Assembly (NCBI GenBank): GCA_964629655.1
Contig: CAZVQU010000002.1
Coordinates: 396,878-460,877 of the forward strand
Length of the DNA stretch: 64,000 nucleotides
Origin: an uncultured Planctomycetia bacterium
GTDB taxonomy: Bacteria; Omnitrophota; Gorgyraeia; Duberdicusellales; 4484-171
Reading direction: 5' to 3'
The notes beneath the pieces are model-generated. The model was not told the DNA's origin. It made no database searches and worked only from the letters and a program-made list of their open reading frames with translations. Both the position numbers and the translations under genes were made by a program. Below, one piece after another: positions 1 through 10,100 of the stretch. How positions within the stretch are numbered: position 1 is the first letter of the stretch; each line of letters opens with the position of its first letter.

Positions 1-369
1 CACTATCCCCGGGGCATCTCTAAATACAGGATAAGAATCATCCTCTTTAATCTTTCCTTTTCCGTCAATAGGCTGGCAAAAAGTACCGATTATGCGACCA
101 ATAAATTTTTCTCCTACCGGAACATCTAAAACACCTTCTACGCCATAGATAGGGCCTCCAATCTTGAGTTTAGTCTCATCTCCCAAAACTAAAGCTAAGA
201 TTTCGCCTTTGTTGTAGCCGATTACCATCCCATATAATTCCGGCCCCATCTCGATCAATTGTCCGTTCACGCAAGATTCTAAGCCGCTTATCTGGGCTAT
301 TCCTTTCTTGATCTGGCGAATTACTCCGGTATCCCTTATCTCCAATAGTGGTATTTTTGATTCAGCCAT
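1..369 (-). CDS. atpA: F1 ATP synthase alpha subunit, N-terminal fragment; the gene continues past the window start
   Basis: Reverse-strand translation from the ATG at 369 gives MAESKIPLLEIRDTGVIRQIKKGIAQISGLE...VPVGEKFIGRIIGTFCQPIDGKGKI...APGIV. This is the conserved alpha-subunit N-terminal beta-barrel region. It sits immediately downstream of the b/delta gene, as in atp operons. Confidence 0.8.
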   Translation of the reverse strand, partial: MAESKIPLLEIRDTGVIRQIKKGIAQISGLESCVNGQLIEMGPELYGMVIGYNKGEILALVLGDETKLKIGGPIYGVEGVLDVPVGEKFIGRIIGTFCQPIDGKGKIKEDDSYPVFRDAPGIV

Positions 370-384
370 TTTATACTTCCTTTT

Positions 385-1116
385 TCAAACCTTTGATTCT
401 TCTTTCATCGCCGCCAATATCTTTTTCAGCTTATTTTTAATCGATCCATCGATCACAGATCCCTTTAGCTTAACAATTAAGCCGGCGATTATGCCTTCAT
501 CTTTTTTTTCAGCTAACACAACCTCTCTATTTAGCTTTGAATCCAACACCTTTTTTAGTCTTTTCTTCTGTTCACTGGGCAACGAAAAAGCATAAATAAC
601 TTCTGCTTGATTACCGTCGACTTTTATCTTTTCCGTTTCCATCCCCTCTATCCCAGCAATTACCTCATTAATAAGCTGAACGTGCAAATCTTCCTGGCCC
701 TGGTCGGTAAAAATACTTTTAACCATATCCGTAGCCAAATGCACTGCTTTATTCTGCATCTCCAAGGTAAGTTCGACTTTTTTTCTCTGAGCATCTTTCA
801 CCGCTTCATTAATAAGCCTTTTAGACTCTTTTTTCACTCGGATTAAGACCTCTTGACTATTCTTTTCGGCTTCGATGCTGGCTTGCTCCTTTATGTTTTC
901 AGCTTCGCGCTTGCCTCTCTCGATCTCTCCTTCAATCTCTTTCTTAGCCATCTCCAGTTCTTCTTTCAATGCCTTTCTTTTCTCGATGTTTTCCTGGTTG
1001 AGCTTTTGCAATCTTCTTAAAGCGCAGCCTATGTGAGCATGAAGCAAAAGCCGTAAGAACAAAACAATAAGAATAAATGTCACTACCTGTATCGAAATTA
1101 ACTGCCCAATTAACAT
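385..1116 (-). CDS. atpF: ATP synthase subunit b with a C-terminal delta (OSCP)-like domain, i.e. a b/delta fusion (243 aa)
   Basis: One N-terminal TM helix (LISIQVVTFILIVLFLRLL) is followed by a charged coiled-coil typical of subunit b. The C-terminus IIAGLIVKLKGSVIDGSIKNKLKKI matches the conserved delta/OSCP C-terminal motif (G..v.iGd.viDgSv...L). It is 15 nt upstream of atpA. Confidence 0.6.
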   Translation of the reverse strand: MLIGQLISIQVVTFILIVLFLRLLLHAHIGCALRRLQKLNQENIEKRKALKEELEMAKKEIEGEIERGKREAENIKEQASIEAEKNSQEVLIRVKKESKRLINEAVKDAQRKKVELTLEMQNKAVHLATDMVKSIFTDQGQEDLHVQLINEVIAGIEGMETEKIKVDGNQAEVIYAFSLPSEQKKRLKKVLDSKLNREVVLAEKKDEGIIAGLIVKLKGSVIDGSIKNKLKKILAAMKEESKV

Positions 1117-1189
1117 GGTAACTCCTTTTCCTTACTACACGTTAAGTATCAACTATTGCATTAAAAATCTCTTAGGTACGGTGAACTTA

Positions 1190-1966
1190 TCAATTCAATA
1201 AGCTATCAACCCATACCCTTTCCAAACTTTCTAAATCATCAAACTTGTATGCCTCCAGCAAAGCTCTTTCCCATCTCTCTCCGTCCCGCAAACGGCGGCA
1301 AAAAGCAACAAATGTCTTTCTGCCGAATTCCCGCAAAAGAAAGTCTACCATACTGGCTGATTGACTATAAAAAGTATCCGGCGGAACCCCCTGATAATCT
1401 TCTATCTGAGATAATTCCGCTAACCGGATATATTCCCCCGTATTGACCAATTTTCTGGCCGCCTTCAAATATCCCTGCCTGTTCTTTTCCTGTAATATCG
1501 CTACTGCCTCATCTATCCATAAAGGAAGGCTCTTCTCATATCCAACCACTTCTCTAAATATTATATGCCCCATCTCATGAGGCAGGACATAATTAAGTGA
1601 CTCCTCTTTCCCTACGTAAGTAACAATCTCCTTGCTGATTACATGTACTCTTCCCTCTGACCAAGGAAGAGCACCAGTAGTTAAACGATATTGTGCCCGG
1701 TTGGGATAAAGATAAATTTTACAGCGCTCCTCCCAAGTCCAAAAATTAAACCTTCTAAAACCTAAATAATTAGTAATACTCTTATAATAGTGTTCAGCGT
1801 ACCTTTTTACCTTGCTGATGTATCCCCTGGAAGCCTCTTGGTAGTGGACAATGAAATGTTTACTCTTTTCTATCTTCCAATCACTTGTAGTTGCTAGGGT
1901 ACCGGACTGAGCACTCACCACCCCGGTGAATAAAAGAATAAATACAATTAATACTACGTTCCTCAC
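1190..1966 (-). CDS. secreted hypothetical protein with an HExxH zinc-metallopeptidase motif (258 aa), embedded in the atp gene cluster
   Basis: N-terminal signal peptide (MRNVVLIVFILLFTGVVSAQS). HEMGH at LPHEMGHIIFREVVG, with downstream E/D candidates for a third ligand. No TM helices, so it is not ATP synthase subunit a. Confidence 0.5.
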   Translation of the reverse strand: MRNVVLIVFILLFTGVVSAQSGTLATTSDWKIEKSKHFIVHYQEASRGYISKVKRYAEHYYKSITNYLGFRRFNFWTWEERCKIYLYPNRAQYRLTTGALPWSEGRVHVISKEIVTYVGKEESLNYVLPHEMGHIIFREVVGYEKSLPLWIDEAVAILQEKNRQGYLKAARKLVNTGEYIRLAELSQIEDYQGVPPDTFYSQSASMVDFLLREFGRKTFVAFCRRLRDGERWERALLEAYKFDDLESLERVWVDSLLN

Positions 1967-1977
1967 TCGCAGGTTAA

Positions 1978-2190
1978 TTAGGTTCCGAACAGATTGTAGA
2001 CAATCAGAAGTCCGATTATCGCAATCGCTTCGGCGAAAACAAAAGCAAGAATCATCGAAAGCAATATCTTCGGTGCAGCCGAAGGGTTCCTCCCCAAAGC
2101 CCTAACGCTGGAATAACCAACTGAGGCGATAACCGCTGAAGGCCCTAACGTGCTGATTAACATAATTAAAATAATCGTTAAAGTCTTCAT
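1978..2190 (-). CDS. atpE: F0 ATP synthase subunit c (70 aa)
   Basis: Two-helix hairpin proteolipid. It has the GxSxGxS-like helix 1, the polar loop ALGRNPSAAP, and the carboxylate helix AFVFAEAIAIIGLLIVYNLF. Confidence 0.85.
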   Translation of the reverse strand: MKTLTIILIMLISTLGPSAVIASVGYSSVRALGRNPSAAPKILLSMILAFVFAEAIAIIGLLIVYNLFGT

Positions 2191-2254
2191 AATATAAAAT
2201 CCAACCTCTTTACTGGCTCAAACTCAACAAGCTTAACAGACTAAATAAACTAAC

Positions 2255-3151
2255 TTATTTACCCAGCTTACTATCGTAAACGCAAATCCTATCTCTTCCC
2301 AAGGCCTTAGCTCGATAAAGGGCTTTATCGGCTCTACTAATCAACTCACTCTTTTCCTGAGCATTATCGGGAATAGTAGCTAACCCTAAACTAATCGTTA
2401 TTGGGGTTTGGGTTTTAATCGCTTCCAGGAGCCTAATGCCTACCTTTCGTGCATCCTGCTGTATTGTCCTGGGCATAATTATGGTAAACTCTTCTCCTCC
2501 GTATCTAAAAACTATGTCATCCTCTCTTAGGGTATTAACAAACACTTGAGCGGCACCACGGAGTACTTCATCACCCTTGGGATGCCCGTAAGTATCATTG
2601 TATTTCTTGAAATAATCTATATCAATCATAAAAAGGGATAGCGCTTGAGGAAAACGCCTCATGTTATTGATTTGCTGAGTCAGCGTTTCATGAAAATAAC
2701 GGTGATTATAAACACCGGTCAAGCCGTCTATCGAAGACATATCCTGGTAATATTTTCCTCTCCCGGCTTGTATTGCTAAACAGGTATTTTCTACCATTCT
2801 TGTTACAATTAATCTTACCTCTTCTGCATTTAAAGGCTTCAGGAGATATGTGTAGGCACCGGCATTAAGTGCTTTTATGGCTGTGTCAATAAAAGAATAG
2901 ACGGCAAGAACGCTTACGTTAACCTTCCCGGATATTTTTTTAAGCTTTTTGACCAGCTCAATTCCGCTCATATCCGGAACATATACCTCAGAGAGAATGG
3001 CTATAAAATAAACTTGTTTAATTAGCCTCAGCGCTTCTTTGCCAGTAGTTGCTCTCCAAAGCTTATAGCTGCTTTTTTTAAAAACGCCTTCTAGCTCTCT
3101 AAAGCATTTATCATCATTTTCGACCACCAAAATATTGTATTCGCTTCCCAT
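2255..3151 (-). CDS. response-regulator receiver domain fused to a GGDEF diguanylate cyclase (298 aa)
   Basis: N-terminal REC fold (NILVVENDD...VPDMSG). The C-terminal domain has an intact GGEEF (RYGGEEF) preceded by an RxxD I-site (REDD). The position that aligns to the phospho-acceptor Asp appears to be Glu (ILSEVYVPDMSG). Confidence 0.85.
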   Translation of the reverse strand: MGSEYNILVVENDDKCFRELEGVFKKSSYKLWRATTGKEALRLIKQVYFIAILSEVYVPDMSGIELVKKLKKISGKVNVSVLAVYSFIDTAIKALNAGAYTYLLKPLNAEEVRLIVTRMVENTCLAIQAGRGKYYQDMSSIDGLTGVYNHRYFHETLTQQINNMRRFPQALSLFMIDIDYFKKYNDTYGHPKGDEVLRGAAQVFVNTLREDDIVFRYGGEEFTIIMPRTIQQDARKVGIRLLEAIKTQTPITISLGLATIPDNAQEKSELISRADKALYRAKALGRDRICVYDSKLGK

Positions 3152-3444
3152 TCTTCTCCTTGCTTTCTCTCTTCTTCTTTTAGAAAAGACCTGTCACTAT
3201 TTTTATCATAAAACTACCTTATCTTAACACGATTAGTTAATCAATTCAACATAAAAAAGGCAATTCCACCTTTGTCTTTTTTGAAATAAATAAGTCTAAC
3301 CTAAAAGTATCAACTGTAAAGAAAAGGGGAGAAAAAGTATTTGAAGAATGACAAGCACTGATTCATAACTAATTGGAATATAACTAGTTACGGATTAGAA
3401 TACCATTATCTGAAACTATTGGCTTAGAAGAAAAAATGAAAGTA

Positions 3445-4179
3445 TTATTCTTCGTCGTGTGAGGATTCTTTTGTTTTTTGTTCAATGGCGGCAATTCCTG
3501 CCTGGCGCTGCCAAATAATAAAGAAAACCAGTGAAATCAACCCTAAGGCAACAACTACTCCTAAGATCAAAAACCAAGTTGCCCTAACAGTAACTCTTTT
3601 TCCTGCTCCGCCGGCCGAAAGTTGAATTTCTAAACTCATCTTCTCTAATCTGGCCAGGGCACCTTTAATTCCATCCAGAATCTTGACGTTTTCTCTATAT
3701 ACGGCGATATGAGTCTGGGGCAGGGCATCCAGAGCCGCATTCTGCCTCTCTAAGATTTCAGCAGCTTTATCAACAACATATTCTTCCAAGGCAGCAGCTG
3801 CTTCAGCATAGGTAGTCTCTCTTAATGCCTCTACCAGCTTTCGAGCCCTAGCGATTAGACTATCAAGCTCTCGTTCCGCTATCAACCAAATATCCTTAAT
3901 CTCCAACTGACGGCTAACGCTTTCTCCGGGTGCAAGTTCAAACTGCTTATAGACATAGTAAAGGGCTTTAGTAATATCATAGTCAATCTTTAAATCACCC
4001 AGCTCAACCACATCTGCCGGCGTAGCTTCTTTAGGCAGATAGCCCTTAAGCAGAGCGTTTTGGGTTTTTGTCTTGGAAGGATTAACCACCAGAGTCCTCA
4101 AGACAACGCTACATTCTGCCTGGGCAAGCAAAAAACAAAAAACTACCCCTGTTAAGATGAATACTGTGCATCTTCTCAT
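3445..4179 (-). CDS. hypothetical exported protein with an N-terminal signal peptide and a C-terminal TM anchor (244 aa); probably co-transcribed with the giant gene (20-nt gap)
   Basis: MRRCTVFILTGVVFCFLLAQA signal. Helical, Ala/Glu-rich middle. C-terminal hydrophobic helix WFLILGVVVALGLISLVFFIIW followed by a charged tail. The start lies 20 nt after the giant ORF stop. Confidence 0.7.
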   Translation of the reverse strand: MRRCTVFILTGVVFCFLLAQAECSVVLRTLVVNPSKTKTQNALLKGYLPKEATPADVVELGDLKIDYDITKALYYVYKQFELAPGESVSRQLEIKDIWLIAERELDSLIARARKLVEALRETTYAEAAAALEEYVVDKAAEILERQNAALDALPQTHIAVYRENVKILDGIKGALARLEKMSLEIQLSAGGAGKRVTVRATWFLILGVVVALGLISLVFFIIWQRQAGIAAIEQKTKESSHDEE

Positions 4180-4199
4180 TTTCTTATTTTTCTCCTTGA

Positions 4200-7100
4200 T
4201 TATTGTTCAATATACTCTTCTACAACATCTTCAGTAAGGCCCGGTGTGCCGCCTTGGATAATACCGGGTTCTGGCTCCTCGCTTTCAACAGGTTTTGGCG
4301 TGTTTTCAACAGGTTCTTGTTCCAGGGCTTCCCCGCCTTCGCCACCTGCTGATTCCAACCAACTAGTAACTATCGGCTCATCGCTAGTCCTGGTTAATAT
4401 CTCCTGGCTCACATCAACCAAGGCCTTAATCTCCAAAGTCTTATTCTTGATATAATCCACATTCGTAGACTGACCCGTGGACAGCTCATACATCTTCTCT
4501 ATCTTAACACCCTGGCCCTCGTTTATCGCCTTAAGTTTTTGTGAAGTCACCGCTAATTGATCGTAAATAGCCTTCACAGTTGTATCGGTAAGTTCCTTCA
4601 TTTTTGAACTTAATGACGCCAACTCGCCCATACTGCCCATAATCTCGCTGATAATCGAATTGACACGGTCGACGCTATCGGTAAGCGTCTCCATCTTGGA
4701 GGTGTCGATATTAGTCAACTGAGCCATCGTAGAGGTGGCTGTGTTAGCGATAGACTCAAGGTCTGCGGAGATGACCTCAATATTTATACCGTCAAGAGTA
4801 CCATTTGTCTTTTCCTGACAAACAATGGTATGCTCGCCTCTTCCCCAGGCAAATGTCACATCGTATGCATAAATTCCTGTTCCCGAGGAAATCTCAGTCA
4901 TCGCTGCCTCATTTATCCGTGTTGCATTAGCAGCGTCGTAGACGCTGATAACCGGACTAGTACCAGTGTCGGTCTTATACCTGACGCTCAAGGTGCCGTT
5001 AGAACGAATATGACTCTCCTGATTAAGGATGCGCGAGGTGCTGGTCAGAGAAATCCTGGAAGCAATAGTCTCTCCTGAGCTTAAATCTTCTCCGCCGATT
5101 ATGCTAATCGTATCTGCAACCCCTTCGGTTACGGCATCTTCAATCACCTCGGTCTGAGTGGCTACAAGCTCTGCGGTATCGTTCTTTATCGCGGTAACTG
5201 ATTCAATAAGAGATTCCTGAACGTCCTCGGTTCCGCCAGCAACTGCATTCTCTATTGTGGAAACCGAATCTGTTAATTGTGCGGCTGTGTTAGTAAAGAA
5301 CTCATATTGGAGTATCTCTGAACCTACATCTATGTTGGCACTGGAAGCATAACCATTATCTCTATATTCAATCTCTAACACTGCCGGATAAACATAACCG
5401 GCCTCAAATTCAGTATCGGTTAGTGTAAAGTTATACATACCACTGGCAGAGACACTTGCGGTAACGGTATCTCTGACAGTCTCTCCATCGGTTTCATAGA
5501 TTGTCAAGGATGCAGGCCCTAAGTCTGATCTTTGTTCAGCTGTTGTTCCTACAAGCTTTCCTTTTCTCTGCAACGAACCAATAGCTGACAAAGTATCGAC
5601 AGCCGGACTAAAACTATAGGTCAACACCGACTCCCAAGTAACCTGGGCAGAGGCTTGGTTCTCGAGATAACAGGTGACACTATAAGTACCACCACCGTTG
5701 ACCGGTGCAGTCCAGGTAGCGGTGTTATCAATGTACTCGTTAACTGTAAAGTATGTGGTATAAGTGCTGTAGGGATATGCACTGACCCTTTCTATAGGAG
5801 AGACTAACCCCGCAGCTGACCATCCTGTTGAAGACGGTTCACTGGCCCCCACTTCCGTCAAGTTGCCCAGCGTATCATAATCCAAAACCTTAAATTGGAC
5901 CGTGGCATAACTGATGGTAAATGACTCGTCTGTTTCGTCATTTACCGTTGAGTCATTGACATCCGAAATCCGCACCTTAACCGCACTGTCTGCCTTAGGT
6001 GGGTCTACCGCTATCTTAGGATCAGGCAGAGTCCAATTATATGCATTTAGATTAGGCGTAGCAGCTATGACTGGGTTCCACGTATCACCGTCATCTAAGG
6101 TGTATTCTATTTTGACAGTGGTAATAGTTCCTCTTGTTGTCCAGTTAATTGAATGCGGTGATTTTGCTATCCAATCCTCTCCTCCATTGGGAACAAGAAT
6201 CTCGAATCCTCCCTTGATCCTAAAGAAACCGTCAGTGTCATCCGTAACACTAGTATCACCGGCATCGGTAATGCGTATTGCCAGTGTCTGGCCGGTCAAA
6301 GCAGCTTCAGGAATAGTCCAGTCATAAGAACCATCATTATCCTCGCCAGTAGCAATAATTCTCGAGGTAACAAAGCTATCATTGGAATAACTAATCATTA
6401 GATTGCTGATAGACAAACCCATCCAGCTCCAGGTAATCTCTACAGTATCACCCAAGACATACTCCTCGCCCCCTGCCGGAGCAGTTATTAGGATTATCGG
6501 CTCAGGAATAATCGTAAAATTCTCATCTGTGACATCCAAGACATTAGGCCTGCTCCCGTCAACAATCTTGAACCTTATATACGGTGAAGGGTTATCCGGT
6601 ATCTGCCAGATAGATTCTCCATCATTAGCTTCGCCTGAAGCTTCTGCCGGACTTTCCCAGTTGCTACCACCATCAACAGAATAGTAAAATACCAAATCAT
6701 CACTGACAGCGCCAACAGAAGTCCAGTGAACAATAGCAAAATCGTCAACTGCCCATTCTTCTCCTCCATTAGGCTGAGTAATGGTAATTACCGGTAAAGC
6801 AATAGTAAAGACAGCTCCCGAGGCATCAGTGGTCGAGGAACGATTAGCGTCAGTAATACGTACCAGCGTTTGTGCCTTGGCAGTAAGGAATCCGGCATCA
6901 GAAGGAACGGTCCAATCATATGTGCCATCATTGGCTTCACCGGTGGCTATCTCGACCCAGTTATCTCCATTATCTATGCTGTATTCTAGAGTCAAATTAT
7001 TGCTGATTAAGCCACTGTTATCAGTCCAGGTAATCTCATGGTCTGTACCCATAATCCAACTCTCTCCGCCGTTAGGCGCGGTAATGGTAAGTACCGGCGT

Positions 7101-10100
7101 AGGCAAGATCGAGAAGTTGGCCGCTGACTTAATCGTGCTGGCAGTGCGTCCGGTATCGGTAATCCTCAGTCTCACTGTAGTATAAAGATACTCGGGGATA
7201 GTCCAACTAAGAGTTGTCAGCTCATTATTTACATTATCAGCAATGGTGTGGATGTTCTCCTCGGTAAGAAAGTTATCATTAGAATACTCTATGATCAAAT
7301 CATCTGCCAAAGCACCTTCGCTACTCCAGCTAATCCACTCTGAATCTCCTACTGTCCATGTCTCTCCACCGTTAGGTGCAACCAGCGTAAACGTCGGTGC
7401 AGTAATGGCGAATACACCGGGAGAAACATCCTGTGGCGTATCAGCCCGTCCCATATCGGTAATTCTTATCTTGCAGGTTCCGGCAGCTGCACCGGGATCA
7501 GGAACCTCCCAGGGGTAAACACCGTCATTGTCCTCATTCTGAGTAACCATACTCCAGCTTCCGCCGCCATCAGTACTATATTGGATTCTGATATTGTTGG
7601 CAGCGACTGAACCTACTGATGTCCAAGTAATATCATGGTCAGTGCCCATTCTCCATTGCTCCCCACCGACGGGTGAGGTTACAGTAACGGTCGGTGAGGC
7701 AATAGCTAAGACGGCATCGGAAGTATCTGTTGTCGCTATGCGGTCACCGTCATACACCTTCACCTGCACAGTTTCCGAGGTATCATCAGGAATGGTCCAA
7801 GGATAAACACCATCATTAGCCTGATTCTGAGTAATAGTTGTCCAATCTGTGCCATTCTTAGAATACTTCAGCACAAGACTACCATCATGCACAGAGCCAT
7901 TTGTACCTACCGATGTCCAGGTAATATCATGGGCAGTGCCGACAATCCAAGACTCAGCACCATTAGGTGCGGTCAAAGTAAGAGAAGGTTCAACGATATT
8001 GAACACAGCATCGGAAACATCAGTAGTAGTAGGCCTGAGTGGATCGGTAATCCTGATTAAAGCTGCAGCTGTTGCACTATCCTCAACTGTCCAAGTATAG
8101 GTACCTAAAGCAGCAGTTACTCCAGTAGTAATTTCGGTCCAATCTGTGCCGTTATTAAGAGAGTATTCTATAGTCAATGGATCTACTGCGCCTGTCTTTG
8201 TCCAAGTAATTGCATAATCACCAGTAGCATACCAATCCTCTGCTCCATTAGGTGAGGTTAATGTTACCTCCGGTAACTCAATCTGAAAATAATCAGCAGA
8301 TATTCCTATAACATCTTCATATCCGGACTCATTATCGCTAATCCTAATCTTAGCTGTATTAGTAACATCTTCGGGCACATTAAGCCAATTAAACGAACCA
8401 TCATTAACTGTGTCACTAGTAATACTATTCGTATCGTCGACAAAGTCATCCTTAGAATACTCGATCTTTAATCCATCATCGGCAACTTCATCACCGTCAG
8501 TACTCCATTGAATCTCATAAGCATCAGCAACGGTTACCAGTTCTCCACCGTTAGGCTGAATAATATTAATACGTGGCCGAGAAAGAATAGTAAAGTTATT
8601 GTCAGAGTCATCTGTAACAGCATTCCTTTCATTATCAGTAATACGTACCTTAACTGTTGTTGACTCATCATCAGGTATAGTCCAGGTGTAACTATTTACT
8701 GCTTGTTCAGCTGCCGGAGTGCCGGCTGTCGGCTCTGGGTCAATAAACTTACGTCTCTCATAGTGGGCTGTGATTTCATCAGCACTAAGGGCCCGGTTGT
8801 AGACAGTTAGTCCGTCCAATTTTCCTGCCAGATACGTATCCGAATCACTCCTCTTAAAAGAATATAAAGCCTGTGAGGATGTTGCAATTGGGCTACTCCA
8901 AGCTTCACTAGCGACCTCACTGCCATCCTTGTAGATTTTTGCATACGTGCCATCTGTTACCCAAGCTAAATGAACCCATTGATTAGTTCCAATAGGAGTT
9001 GAAGTTTCTGCTCGCTTGGCTGAATTAATCCAAAACTCTAAATACCCATCAGAAGTTATATCACATGCAATCTGATCTTCACTCGCCCATGCATGCAATG
9101 TGCCTACGTTAGTGCTGCTCGGATATGAGGTAATATAAACCCATTGTGTATTAGTGGTATATGTTTCACCTGAAAAAAGATTATTTGCTACAGTCATATA
9201 ATCACTTGTGCCATCAAAAGAAAGTACGCTACCAGTAGAGAATGTGGTAGGATCAGTGTCTGCATCCCAGGTTGCACCGGTGATGGTACCAGTATTTCCC
9301 TGTCTTGAGGAGTCAGCTGCAGTTGTGCCGCTACCCTCATCCAAGTTCCAGACACCAATTAAGCCGTTTCCAATATCATAGTGTTCTCTTATCTTCTCAG
9401 CTGTAAGCACATTGCTATGCAAACGCAATTCATCGATTCTACCACCGCAATAATCATCATTGGCTTCGCCTACTCTAAGAGCGGTGGTATCAACTCCTGA
9501 ACTTGTAGTCACAGCAACATGATTCCAACCAGCAGATAAGTCTTGTGAGCTTGAATCAGCATTAACGTAGATAGTCGGAGAAGTAAATCCGGTTGCGGTA
9601 ATCGCTCCCGAAGCTATTGATATATATATTGTATCATCGACTAATTCTAAAATTCCATCATCGCTATTATCATTATTCACCCAGAATTCCACTGTCTTTG
9701 TATCTGCGCTGATATCGCCGACATCTGTATAGGCATCGGTATCGTTAAAGACTAATGAACCTCCTAATTTGCCGGTTGACCAGTCTGCTCCTGACACAGG
9801 CGAATCTGTTATATGGTGCTGGGTTGCGTCTGAGTCATTGAACGTTCCGTCGTTACCTTGCCCTGAACTATCTGAAATCACAGTCTGGTCAGTTACATCT
9901 GTTTCGTCAAAGCTATAGAGTGCAACCAAGTCGGTTTCATCACTAAATACTCCATTATAATGCTCAGTTACTTCACTACCACTTAAAGCACGAGTGTAGA
10001 TGCGGACTTCGTCAATGGAGCCGGGAAAAGGTATAGATGGCGGGGCTGTAGTCGCATGCGCCCCTATGACAGCTGAATAGGTGTTACCGGTTACGCTTTG

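Noticed and set aside
308-1446. Plus-strand ORFs 308-595, 607-846 and 1249-1446 overlapping the atp and HExxH genes
   Set aside because: They lie antisense to well-supported conserved genes (atpA, atpF/H) and have low-complexity translations. Spurious.
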